From: a candidate division WS6 bacterium GW2011_GWF2_39_15
GTDB taxonomy: Bacteria > Patescibacteriota > Dojkabacteria > SC72
Length of the DNA: 64,000 nucleotides
Direction: 5' to 3'
Assembly: GCA_000993565.1 (NCBI GenBank)
Contig: LBWK01000002.1
Location: forward strand, 224,800-288,799
This document shows positions 35,338 to 44,822 of the stretch, piece by piece. The notes under the pieces were generated by a model. It saw only the letters and a program-made list of their open reading frames with translations, was not told where the DNA came from and searched no databases. Both the position numbers and the translations under genes were made by a program. How positions within the stretch are numbered: the first letter of the stretch is position 1; every line of letters starts with the position of its first letter.

Positions 35338-36462
35338 ATGAAAAAAGTAATTGTATTGCTCTTTAATGATTTTACTAATGACAACAGGGTATCTAAAGAG
35401 TGTAAAAGTTTAAATGATAATGGGTATGAAGTGGAGCTAGCCTCCACCAGTTTTGATAAAAGCCTTCCAAAATCAGAAAATATAAAAGGATTTAAAGTTA
35501 GGAGATTTAATGTAGGCAGTTTTAAATTCCTACCGTTTAATCTTATCCTATTCTGGCTTCACACGATTATTAATTATAGAAAAGAAGGAATCTTTCACGC
35601 TAATGATCTATATGCACTTCCTCCTGCTTATGTAATCAAAAAAGTCTTTAATAAAAAGGCCAAAATCATTTATGACTGTCATGAACATGAAACAGAAGCC
35701 CCTATTTACAATGGAAAGTTTCTTCTCAAGAAGGCCGCTCAGCTTTTTGAGAGAAAGATGATATATTCAGCCGATAGAGTAATTGTTGTCAGCGAATCAA
35801 TCGGCAAAGACTATATGGAGATGTACGGACTGAAGAAACTCCATCTGGTGATGAATTGTCCTTACTTCAAGAGTTATGCAAGTACCGATCTTTTCAGAAA
35901 AGAACTTGGTATCCCTAAGGATAAAGTAATCTTTTTATATCAAGGTCTTTATAAGGAAGGAAGAGGTGTTGAGAATCTCGTTGAGTTATTCAAGCGACTT
36001 TCTAAAATAAACGATGAGTTAGTGCTTGTCCTCCTCACTTACGGTGAAGGAATTGAAGCCCTTAAAGAGAGTATAAAAGGAATAAAAAACATATACTGGC
36101 ATGATAAAGCACCTTTAGATGTCTATATGAGTTATGTCGCTTCCGCAGATTGGGGCATTTTACTGATTGAAAACATCTGCAAGAGCTACAATTATGCACT
36201 CCCGAACAAACTCTTTGATTATGTCATGTGCGGACTGCCAGTAATAGTTTCAAACCTGAAGGAGGTGTCTCAATTTGTTGAAAGAGAAAAGGTGGGATAT
36301 GTAATTGACTCTACAAATATGGAGGAGATGATTAAACTTCTATCATGTATTAACTCCGAGAGCAGAGCAAGATTCACGAAAAATCTGGAATCTACTTCAA
36401 GAAGATACACATGGGAGAATCAGGAAAAAGAATTATTAAATTTATACAACACACTAACATGA
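35338..36462 (+). CDS. GT4-family (GT-B) glycosyltransferase
   Basis: C-terminal FDYVMCGLPVIVSN...E motif region. Confidence 0.65.
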   Translation: MKKVIVLLFNDFTNDNRVSKECKSLNDNGYEVELASTSFDKSLPKSENIKGFKVRRFNVGSFKFLPFNLILFWLHTIINYRKEGIFHANDLYALPPAYVIKKVFNKKAKIIYDCHEHETEAPIYNGKFLLKKAAQLFERKMIYSADRVIVVSESIGKDYMEMYGLKKLHLVMNCPYFKSYASTDLFRKELGIPKDKVIFLYQGLYKEGRGVENLVELFKRLSKINDELVLVLLTYGEGIEALKESIKGIKNIYWHDKAPLDVYMSYVASADWGILLIENICKSYNYALPNKLFDYVMCGLPVIVSNLKEVSQFVEREKVGYVIDSTNMEEMIKLLSCINSESRARFTKNLESTSRRYTWENQEKELLNLYNTLT

Positions 36463-37514
36463 AAGTAGCATCCCTTATCGGTGCAAGACCGCAGTTTGTC
36501 AAAGAGGCGGTACTTAATAAAGAGTTCGAGAAGAGTGGAGTAGAGGAAATAATTGTTAATTCCGGTCAGCACTATGACTACAATATGGCTGAGGTGTTTT
36601 TTGAAAAACTACATATCAAAGCTCCTGATTATAATCTGAGTGTGGGCTCGGGTCCTCATGGCGAAATGACGGCAAAAATAATGATTGAGTTTGAAAAGCT
36701 AATGATGGAAGTTAAGCCGGATGTAGTTATTGTATACGGAGATACAAACACCACGCTTGCGGGTGCAATTGTGGCTGCGAAGTTAAAGATTCCTTTGGCA
36801 CATGTAGAAGCGGGAATTAGAATGCTTCCGAAAGATATGCCGGAAGAGATAAATCGTGTTCTAACAGACAGGGTCTCTAACTTCCTATTCTGTCCGTCTG
36901 AATTATCGGTAGGAAATTTGAAAAGAGAAGGTATTACAGAGGGAGTATATAATACCGGGGATGTTACATATGACCTTTACTTAAAATCCAAAGAGCATTT
37001 TGACTATTCGCTATACCAGAGCCTAAAGCTGGAGGATAGCAACTATTACTTGGTTACACTTCATAGAGATTATAATGTTGATGATAAAGAGAGGTTTGGA
37101 GCAATTCTTAAAGCTCTTCAACAACTTGCAAAAGAGTCACGTATAGTTTTCCCAATTCATCCTAGGAGCAGAAAAAGAGTTGAGGAGTTTGGATTTGCTG
37201 ATCTTATAAAAGATATGGATGTTGTTGATCCGGTGGATTATCTCAGCTTGATGGGGCTGATGGAACACTGTAAAGGTGTTATTACTGATAGTGGAGGTTT
37301 GCAAAGAGAATCCTATTTCTCAGGTAAGCCTGGGTATTTATTAATGCCTGATCCTGCTTGGCACGAATTGGTTACTCATAAAATGAATATTCTCTGCGAA
37401 CCTGATACTCTGCTAGAAAAGATTAAGATAGGGGGTGAGTATGAGAGGATCGATAACATTTACGGTGATGGTACAGCTGGTGCGAAGATTGTTAAAATAT
37501 TAACACAGAAGTAA
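36459..37514 (+). CDS. wecB: UDP-N-acetylglucosamine 2-epimerase (non-hydrolysing)
   Basis: MKVASLIGARPQF..., HVEAGIR, EEINRVLTDRVSNFLFCPSE. Start moved to the ATG at 36459, an ATGA overlap with the previous stop. Confidence 0.85.
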   Translation: MKVASLIGARPQFVKEAVLNKEFEKSGVEEIIVNSGQHYDYNMAEVFFEKLHIKAPDYNLSVGSGPHGEMTAKIMIEFEKLMMEVKPDVVIVYGDTNTTLAGAIVAAKLKIPLAHVEAGIRMLPKDMPEEINRVLTDRVSNFLFCPSELSVGNLKREGITEGVYNTGDVTYDLYLKSKEHFDYSLYQSLKLEDSNYYLVTLHRDYNVDDKERFGAILKALQQLAKESRIVFPIHPRSRKRVEEFGFADLIKDMDVVDPVDYLSLMGLMEHCKGVITDSGGLQRESYFSGKPGYLLMPDPAWHELVTHKMNILCEPDTLLEKIKIGGEYERIDNIYGDGTAGAKIVKILTQK

Positions 37515-38699
37515 GTGTTAAAAGATAAAAGCATACTTTATATCGTTCATAATTTTAACAGCTTTCAGAAAGACCCTATTGAGGAGGCCTCAAAAAGTTT
37601 CAAGAAAGTTTATGTTTTGGTGCGATATAAGCCTCTATCCCGTTTTGTTAAGTACCTGCCTATTAGTATCCTCAAAAGATTTGATGAATCTTTTGTTTTA
37701 GATCTAAACGGTTTGCCTGAAAATGTTGAAGTGATAAAGACTCCTGTCTTATACTTACCATTTGGGCTATTTAATAGATTTTTAGGACTCTTACACTATA
37801 AAGCTGTCCAAAACCAGATTCGTAAACATAATATCCGTTTTGACGTTATTCATGCCCATTTTGCTTGGTCGTCAGGGTATGTAGGGATGAGACTGAAAGA
37901 AAAGTATCATGTTCCTCTTGTTATTACAGGACACGGTTACGATGTTTATGACCTCCCATTTAGGAGTGATTTCTGGAATAGGAGTATTAAATCTATTCTG
38001 GATAAAGCCGATAAAGTTATTACCGTGAGTAACTATAACAAAGGATATCTGAAAAGACTTGGTATTGATGATAATAAGATTCAGATTATACATAATGGCT
38101 ATTACGAAAGATTGTTTAAGAAAATGGATAAGCAAAAAGCCAGGAAGGATTTAGGTATTAAGACATCAGGCAAGATATGTCTTTGTGTTGGAAACCTTGA
38201 AAAAATCAAGGGACAGGATTTTCTCATTAGGAGTATTCATGGGATGCTGAGTAGTAACTCCGAGATTAAGTGTTACATAGTTGGGGGAGGAAGCATGGAG
38301 AACTATCTTAAAAAGCTCGTTAAATCTTTTGGACTAGAGCAGAAGATTATTTTAACCGGTCCTATTCCACATGCAATGATTGCACAATGGATTTCAGCGG
38401 CAGATCTTTTTATTATCCCAAGTTTGAGGGAGAGTGCTTCTGTAGTGTTGCTTGAGGCACTCGCTTGCGGGGTTCCAGTTGTGGCTACTGATGTGGGTAT
38501 AGTATCTGAGGTTATTGATTCTTCGGAGATAGGGTATGTTTCTAAACCCGGGGATATGAAAAGTCTAGGGGAGAATATTGAGAAAGCTCTTTTCAAGAAA
38601 TGGGACTCTTCAAAAATACAATCTAGATCCAAAGAGTATACTTGGGATAACTCTGTGAATAAAACGTTAAGTATCTACAAAGAGTTACTCTCAAAATAA
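37515..38699 (+). CDS. GT4-family glycosyltransferase
   Basis: E-x7-E region EALACGVPVVATDVGIVSEVI. Confidence 0.8.
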   Translation: MLKDKSILYIVHNFNSFQKDPIEEASKSFKKVYVLVRYKPLSRFVKYLPISILKRFDESFVLDLNGLPENVEVIKTPVLYLPFGLFNRFLGLLHYKAVQNQIRKHNIRFDVIHAHFAWSSGYVGMRLKEKYHVPLVITGHGYDVYDLPFRSDFWNRSIKSILDKADKVITVSNYNKGYLKRLGIDDNKIQIIHNGYYERLFKKMDKQKARKDLGIKTSGKICLCVGNLEKIKGQDFLIRSIHGMLSSNSEIKCYIVGGGSMENYLKKLVKSFGLEQKIILTGPIPHAMIAQWISAADLFIIPSLRESASVVLLEALACGVPVVATDVGIVSEVIDSSEIGYVSKPGDMKSLGENIEKALFKKWDSSKIQSRSKEYTWDNSVNKTLSIYKELLSK

Positions 38700-38717
38700 T
38701 TTTAGGGGGTTAAACGC

Positions 38718-39737
38718 ATGAAGAAAGCTCTCATTACAGGTATCACAGGTCAGGACGGACCATGGCTGGCCAAACGGCTTCTTGATAAAGGCTATGAAGT
38801 TTATGGAACAGCCAGACGAAACAGCGTGAGGAACTTTTATGGACTTGAATATGTCGGTGCTGTGGGGAAGGTTAAAATTATTGATATGGATCTGCTTGAC
38901 TACAGTAACATTCACGACACTTTAATCTCTGTAAAACCTGATGAGGTCTACAATTTGGCCGCCCAGAGTTTTGTAGGGGCAAGCTTCAAGCAGCCTATTT
39001 CAACGACTTTGACCAATAGTCTTGGTGTGGCATATATTCTTGATATTATTAAAACCTTTTTACCTAAAACTAAGATATATCAGGCTTCCACATCGGAGCT
39101 GTTTGGTAAAGTGGTTGAGAGTCCTCAGAACGAACGCACGCCATTCTATCCAAGAAGTCCTTATGCCATTTCGAAATTATATTCTCATTGGATGATGATC
39201 AACTATAGAGAAAGTTATGATATCTTTGCTACATGCGGGATCCTTTTTAATCATGAGTCGGAGCTTAGAGGAAAAGAGTTTGTTACCCGAAAAATTACAC
39301 AGTTTGTAGCAAAGAATTCGCTGGGGGATAAAGAGGTCCTCAAGATTGGTAATTTGAATATTAAGCGTGACTGGGGGTATGCCAAGGACTATGTAGAAGG
39401 GATGTATTTAATGATGCAAAGTGATAAACCTGATACATTTGTGCTCTCAACCGGCGTCTCGACAACTATTCGTCAATTTACTGAGTTAGCATTTTCAGTC
39501 ATTGGGAAAAAGCTGAGATGGGAAGGTGAAGATGCAACTGAAAAAGGGTATGATTCTGAGACCGGTATTTTGCTTGTTGAAGTTGACCCTGAGTTCTTCA
39601 GGCCAGCCGAAGTAGATATGTTGTGCGGAGATTCCAAAAAGGCACATGAAATATTAAATTGGCATCCGAAGACGACTGTTGAAGAGCTGTCAAGAAAAAT
39701 GGTTGAACATGATATTCAACTTTTAAATAGTGTATAA
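38718..39737 (+). CDS. gmd: GDP-mannose 4,6-dehydratase
   Basis: KKALITGITGQDGPWLAKRLLDKGYEVYG. Catalytic S/T...Y...K (ASTSELFG, SPYAISKLY). Confidence 0.9.
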   Translation: MKKALITGITGQDGPWLAKRLLDKGYEVYGTARRNSVRNFYGLEYVGAVGKVKIIDMDLLDYSNIHDTLISVKPDEVYNLAAQSFVGASFKQPISTTLTNSLGVAYILDIIKTFLPKTKIYQASTSELFGKVVESPQNERTPFYPRSPYAISKLYSHWMMINYRESYDIFATCGILFNHESELRGKEFVTRKITQFVAKNSLGDKEVLKIGNLNIKRDWGYAKDYVEGMYLMMQSDKPDTFVLSTGVSTTIRQFTELAFSVIGKKLRWEGEDATEKGYDSETGILLVEVDPEFFRPAEVDMLCGDSKKAHEILNWHPKTTVEELSRKMVEHDIQLLNSV

Positions 39738-39745
39738 TCAGTTGC

Positions 39746-40951
39746 ATGCGTATCATAATAGATGCAACTACTACACAAAATGAGTGGAAGTCAAATGGTA
39801 TCGGCTTTTACGCCCGGAACATTATTACACACCTTGTAAAGGAGCATTCAGATACGAAGTTTATTCTCTTGATGTACGATGATCTTCCTTCAACTATTGA
39901 TGAGATGTTTATGGTTCCTCTAAAGAACGTCGAGATTAAAAGGATTGGCAAGTATATTGATAAGAACCTCTTTCATATCTTGTGGTATGTCAGACAGCTC
40001 TTTCCTGGTTATCTAACGGTTAGTTCTTTAAAGCAAGTCTACGAGAAAGGGGATATATTTTTCTCGCCTTTTTTCTGGGGAGGGTTGCCATTAAGAATTC
40101 CGTTTGTAGTCGCTATACATGATTTTGCCTTTCCTAAGTTTAATATATATTCTCAGATTAGCATTTTCCATAATCTTGCAAGGGCTTTCACATATTGGGT
40201 AGAGATGTTTAAGACGCTTAGGGCAAGGGCAATAATTACTGATGCACAATTTACTGTTGGTGAGTATCACAGATATCTTCCGGGTTATAATATGCAGAAG
40301 ATATTTCCTATTCATTTGGGTTTAGATATGCAGAATGTAGAAAGCAATATTGATCATTTTTTGCCGAAAGATTGGAAAGAGAGAGGATACTTGATTTACC
40401 TTGGAGGAGGGTATACGAGGAATAAGAATACTGAGGGGCTAATAGATGGATACGCTGCCTACGTTAGTATGTGCAGGGAATCGGGGAAAGAGGTGCCATA
40501 TTTGGTAATTGCTGGAAAGAACTTTACGAATCCTAAAGATATTAGTATTAGAAAATTACATGAAAGGATTTTGGAAAAAGGCGTAAGGGGAAAAGTTATT
40601 TTTACTGGGCGGTATGAAGATATTGAAAGATATTCGTTGCTTCATAATAGTCTTGCTTCGATTCATCTGTCATTATACGAGGGCTTTGGATTTGGGGCAC
40701 TGGAAGGTATGAAAGCGGGAACACCGACAATTGTCCATTACGGCTCGTGTTATCCTGAGGTCATGAAAGACGGAGCTATTTTTGTTGATGGAACCAACCC
40801 GCGTGAAGTTGCTAATGCTATTTTACATGTTGTAAACGATCGTAAAACAGTTAAGGTAATCGCCAAGAGAGGGAAGGAAGTCGCTTCTGAGTATAAATGG
40901 GAAAAGACAGCCAGAGAAACATATAATGTTCTTGTGAATGCTTTAAAATAA
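39746..40951 (+). CDS. GT4-family glycosyltransferase
   Basis: C-terminal EGFGFGALEGMKAGTPTIV region. Confidence 0.6.
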   Translation: MRIIIDATTTQNEWKSNGIGFYARNIITHLVKEHSDTKFILLMYDDLPSTIDEMFMVPLKNVEIKRIGKYIDKNLFHILWYVRQLFPGYLTVSSLKQVYEKGDIFFSPFFWGGLPLRIPFVVAIHDFAFPKFNIYSQISIFHNLARAFTYWVEMFKTLRARAIITDAQFTVGEYHRYLPGYNMQKIFPIHLGLDMQNVESNIDHFLPKDWKERGYLIYLGGGYTRNKNTEGLIDGYAAYVSMCRESGKEVPYLVIAGKNFTNPKDISIRKLHERILEKGVRGKVIFTGRYEDIERYSLLHNSLASIHLSLYEGFGFGALEGMKAGTPTIVHYGSCYPEVMKDGAIFVDGTNPREVANAILHVVNDRKTVKVIAKRGKEVASEYKWEKTARETYNVLVNALK

Positions 40952-40964
40952 CTCTGATGAATTT

Positions 40965-41429
40965 ATGGAACTAATCATTTATACAATACTTCTTATAGGG
41001 TTTCTTCTTTCGTTTATCAATCTTCCGGGTCCATGGATAATGTTCCTTGCGGCTCTTATTACTAGAATAAGTAGTGCTTCAGATATCGGGTGGGGGATCT
41101 TAACTATATTTTTCATCCTAGCCCTATTTGCTTCAATAGCGGATAACCTGTTTGTTATATTCGGGGCAAAAAAGTTTGGAGGAGGAAAATGGGGTATGAT
41201 TGGAGCCGTTGTGGGCTTGTTAGTCGGAATCCTAATCGGAAACCTAGTCGGTGGTATTCTGGGACCGTTTTTTGGAGCCTTTTTGTTTGAATATTTAATT
41301 GCAAAGAAGGATTCAAATGTTGCCTTTAAAGCTGGTTTAGGTACTGTTTTAGGTCTGTTGGGAGGGATAATATTGAAGGTCTTAATCTCCCTAATTATGG
41401 GAATTTGGATAATCGGGATAATAAATTAG
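40965..41429 (+). CDS. Small multi-TM membrane protein (DUF456-like)
   Basis: Four hydrophobic helices. N-terminal LPGPWIMFL-type motif. Confidence 0.45.
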   Translation: MELIIYTILLIGFLLSFINLPGPWIMFLAALITRISSASDIGWGILTIFFILALFASIADNLFVIFGAKKFGGGKWGMIGAVVGLLVGILIGNLVGGILGPFFGAFLFEYLIAKKDSNVAFKAGLGTVLGLLGGIILKVLISLIMGIWIIGIIN

Positions 41430-42130
41430 GTCCTATATACCCATAAGTGCCCGTCTTCATCAATCAACAAGACACTTTTCTTATCATCGCTTACCTCAAA
41501 CTGTCTTATATTGTTGGACTTTTTGATCTCAAAGAGGATTCCTCTTCCATCTTTTATGACAACCTGCTCCTTGCCGGATATCGTGAACGGGCTGTTTTGT
41601 TCTGAGTCTTTTGTAGGGGTAAGTTTAGGCGGATTGAGGGTATATATATAATTCTGGTGTGCAAGAAACGAAAAGGCTTCACTAAGTACGAGCTGATAGT
41701 TGCTGCAAGTTAGGATTTTAAGTGTTTGAACAATTTTATATTCATTTTCTTTCTTTTTATTTAAATCTATAACCACTACCGTGGTTCCAAAATCATCAGG
41801 ATCCCTTTTTTGATGGTTTTCCCATGTACATAATATGCCGGGTTCAGTACTACTGAATACGGTCGTGTGTTGCATATTCTCAAATGTGTAAATTTTAATA
41901 TATCTACGAGATGTGGAATTAAGGTTGTAAACATTTGATTCGGTTGCAAATAAAGCCGTGCGGCTATCATGCCATCTTATGGCTAGAACGTCCTCTGAAA
42001 GCGGTATTGTATAGAAAACGGGAGGTTTGTTATGGATTGTTTCAACTTCCTGCCGTATAGGGTATTTGTAAAAGTAGGTAAGGGCAGCATAAACTAAGAG
42101 CAGATTGTATATGTAAGTGAAAAAGACCAT
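41426..42130 (-). CDS. Hypothetical membrane-anchored protein, co-oriented with and downstream of the M23 peptidase
   Basis: N-terminal TM followed by a soluble domain. No motif recognised. Confidence 0.45.
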   Translation of the reverse strand: MVFFTYIYNLLLVYAALTYFYKYPIRQEVETIHNKPPVFYTIPLSEDVLAIRWHDSRTALFATESNVYNLNSTSRRYIKIYTFENMQHTTVFSSTEPGILCTWENHQKRDPDDFGTTVVVIDLNKKKENEYKIVQTLKILTCSNYQLVLSEAFSFLAHQNYIYTLNPPKLTPTKDSEQNSPFTISGKEQVVIKDGRGILFEIKKSNNIRQFEVSDDKKSVLLIDEDGHLWVYRT

Positions 42131-42151
42131 ATTAGGGGTTTAATAATTTAA

Positions 42152-44230
42152 TTAGTATGTCGGATGCGGATTGTCACCTGACAGCCTTCCGGGATAAAGG
42201 CTTGCACGAGCCGTTTTCACTTTTGTCCAATCGATATTTATGTAGGGTACGGGATCTATATGGGTTTTCTGCAAAGATCCCTTCCTTAATTCTACGTGCA
42301 AATGACTGGAAAGATGTTCACAGTTAAATAATCCACTATTCCCGGAAATGGCAAGGATCTGTCCTTTCTCTATGATACTACCTTTCTTGAGCCCTTTCGC
42401 GAACTTCTCAAGATGCAAGTAGGTTGAATATTTACCATCGGAGTGTTTAAGCTTTATATAATTACCTCCTGAGAGACAGCGATTAGGTCCTTTGTCCCAT
42501 CCTATAAACTCAATAGTGCCTTTTGCCAAAGCTTTTACATTTTGCTTTGTGGCTTCAAAATCGATTCCAGTGTGTGGAGTTTGGTATTCTGTATCCCCAT
42601 GCCACTGGGTTACATTAAATATCTTGTCTAAAGGGAAAGTGTACAATGAGAGAGCTTTGTTAATTGAGAAAGATGCTGCGACGGATAAAGGTGATTGCTC
42701 AAAAATATCCAGCCATGTTCTGGAATCGATTTTTTGACTGAAGGAAATTCTATAAGCAGATCTTAATTTATAGGTAATCGGCTTATTGCTTAAAAGTACT
42801 GTTGCAGAGTAACTGCTCCCTTGGTCACTCTTTCGGGCTGATATTAATCTGCCGTCAATTTCAATTAATATATCAAGGTATTCAATATCAACTGTCCTCT
42901 GTTTTTTTTCTCTGATTATTTCGAGGCATATCAAGGGCTTGTTACTTTTTGTACCTGCTCCTAAGCATTCTCTTCTTTCAATAGTCAGGAGAAGTTTATG
43001 TGGTACTTCAATCAAAGTATTGATCACAGTGTATGAGGAGTTAGAACCAATGGTGTCGGCTTTAAGAACTTTGGGAGGAAGAATACTGCAACCTTTTCGT
43101 CTTACTTTCCCAGTCGTACTATTCCAGATATAAGTGCATTTATTAGTAACTTCTTTGGCTGTATTAACTCCAAGCACCTGTTTGGATGAACTTTTTTCAA
43201 TATCTGGGTCTGATACTTCTTTTATCACATCAACTTTAGGTTCTGGAAGCTGATTGATAATTTCTGTGACAGATTCTTTAAACGCATTGTTTATTTCTTT
43301 AACAAGGGACAAATCGGGTTCTATTTCAACCGGGTCTTGAATTAATGGAAGTTTGATCTCAATGGTAGTTTTGGCTGATTCATAACTATATTTCTTAATA
43401 ACCACTTTTATATTATATATCCCGGATTCGGCAAATTGATGATTAAATTCTTTCAGGGACAGGTTATCGAACGTTTTGTAAATACTGCCGTCCTTCTCAA
43501 TAACAATCTTATATTTCTCATCATCCTTTAAGTTGCTTTCCCATTTCATATTAAACTGACCCTCCTGATTCACTGAAGTATATATAATCTTTATATCTGG
43601 CTTAAATTGATCTTCCTTCATGACGGTGACTTCAACATATGGGATATTTTGCGAATTACAAATGGCAGGAGGGTTAATACAATCTTTAGACCAGAAAACA
43701 CCTCCCATTTGCATTTCATCGACCATTGTTATGGCGATACCACGGTTTGTGGCAGGATCCAGAAACTGCTTTGTAAAAATGTCGGTTATGTCTATTGATA
43801 CCCATCCTGTCTGGGCCGGAAGGCTAGCTACAGATTCATTCTGCCAGCTGAAGGGGTTAACTGGCATGAATATCAAATCTACCTCTCTCCATTCTTCTAC
43901 CGGTGTCCCGATGTTAATATCATAGTTATATGGGTTGTTAACTCTGGTTTGGTATAGGTTGAGTGTAACTTTTTCGATATCCTCAAGATAAATGTTTTCA
44001 GCTTCTTTTGGGTTATACTTAATAAAGAGCCGAGTGATTCCCTCTCTGGGACTGTTTCCATATCCCAGCAGAAGCTGTGAAAGAGATCCATGAGTTTCAT
44101 CAAAGAAAATACTTTCGGTGTAAGTATCCTCTTTTATCTCTAGGCGGATCTTCTCTTGATCAGCAAATACTGGCTGGACCATTATTATGGCTAGGACTAA
44201 AGAGAAAATCGGAATCAAAATACTTTGCAT
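42152..44230 (-). CDS. Secreted M23 (LytM-type) metallopeptidase with a long N-terminal beta-sandwich region
   Basis: Signal peptide. C-terminal HTGIDFEA...GNYIKLKHSDGKYSTYLHL...LAISGNSGLFNCEHLSSHLHVE, i.e. the HxxxD and HxH motifs of M23. Confidence 0.8.
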   Translation of the reverse strand: MQSILIPIFSLVLAIIMVQPVFADQEKIRLEIKEDTYTESIFFDETHGSLSQLLLGYGNSPREGITRLFIKYNPKEAENIYLEDIEKVTLNLYQTRVNNPYNYDINIGTPVEEWREVDLIFMPVNPFSWQNESVASLPAQTGWVSIDITDIFTKQFLDPATNRGIAITMVDEMQMGGVFWSKDCINPPAICNSQNIPYVEVTVMKEDQFKPDIKIIYTSVNQEGQFNMKWESNLKDDEKYKIVIEKDGSIYKTFDNLSLKEFNHQFAESGIYNIKVVIKKYSYESAKTTIEIKLPLIQDPVEIEPDLSLVKEINNAFKESVTEIINQLPEPKVDVIKEVSDPDIEKSSSKQVLGVNTAKEVTNKCTYIWNSTTGKVRRKGCSILPPKVLKADTIGSNSSYTVINTLIEVPHKLLLTIERRECLGAGTKSNKPLICLEIIREKKQRTVDIEYLDILIEIDGRLISARKSDQGSSYSATVLLSNKPITYKLRSAYRISFSQKIDSRTWLDIFEQSPLSVAASFSINKALSLYTFPLDKIFNVTQWHGDTEYQTPHTGIDFEATKQNVKALAKGTIEFIGWDKGPNRCLSGGNYIKLKHSDGKYSTYLHLEKFAKGLKKGSIIEKGQILAISGNSGLFNCEHLSSHLHVELRKGSLQKTHIDPVPYINIDWTKVKTARASLYPGRLSGDNPHPTY

Positions 44231-44334
44231 AAGGTGTTTTTAAAAGTTAGATACTATATTCTCTCAAATAAAAATGAAATACATATGAACTGCTTTATGT
44301 GTATAATGAAGAAGTAATTTGATGTGAGTAGAGC

Positions 44335-44775
44335 ATGGGAAAGTTTCTAACTTTTGCGGTATTAATATTCTTTTTGGCTGCCGTCGTTGCTGGCGGATTA
44401 TGGTTAAAGAGGCTTAAAGACGGTGAGAAATCAGGTCCGCGAATTGAGGATTTGCGAGTCTGTGAATTCGTTTCATATAATGCTCCCTGCGAAAAGGATA
44501 CTAAGAATGTTTCGCAGGATAATGGGGATATATATGCAACCGTTATTTCTAAAGATATTACTAATTCACTTCTTAAAACCCGATGGGAATATATACAGGA
44601 TGGCACAAAGAGCATAATAGGTGAAAGTGAGGCTACGATCTATGATAATCAGACCCTTCAGCTGAAATTGGAAAAGGATCTGAAAAGAGGCTGGCTGCTT
44701 GGTAAGTATGCCGTCACTCTGGTGCTGGAAGGCTCTAATACTCTCACCAAAGAGTTCACGATTGTTGCGGACTAA
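44335..44775 (+). CDS. Hypothetical membrane-anchored small exported protein
   Basis: N-terminal TM, 146 aa, no motif recognised. Confidence 0.4.
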   Translation: MGKFLTFAVLIFFLAAVVAGGLWLKRLKDGEKSGPRIEDLRVCEFVSYNAPCEKDTKNVSQDNGDIYATVISKDITNSLLKTRWEYIQDGTKSIIGESEATIYDNQTLQLKLEKDLKRGWLLGKYAVTLVLEGSNTLTKEFTIVAD

Positions 44776-44822
44776 AGTGGTATAATCCATGATGCTAATT
44801 AATTCTAGAATGAAACTTTGTA

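Noticed and set aside
44295-44790. Minus-strand ORFs 44295-44615 and 44566-44790 upstream of secA
   Set aside because: They overlap the plus-strand 146-aa ORF (44335-44775), which has a clean N-terminal TM and a more protein-like composition. The minus-strand ORFs are Ser/Leu-rich with no features, so they were judged spurious.
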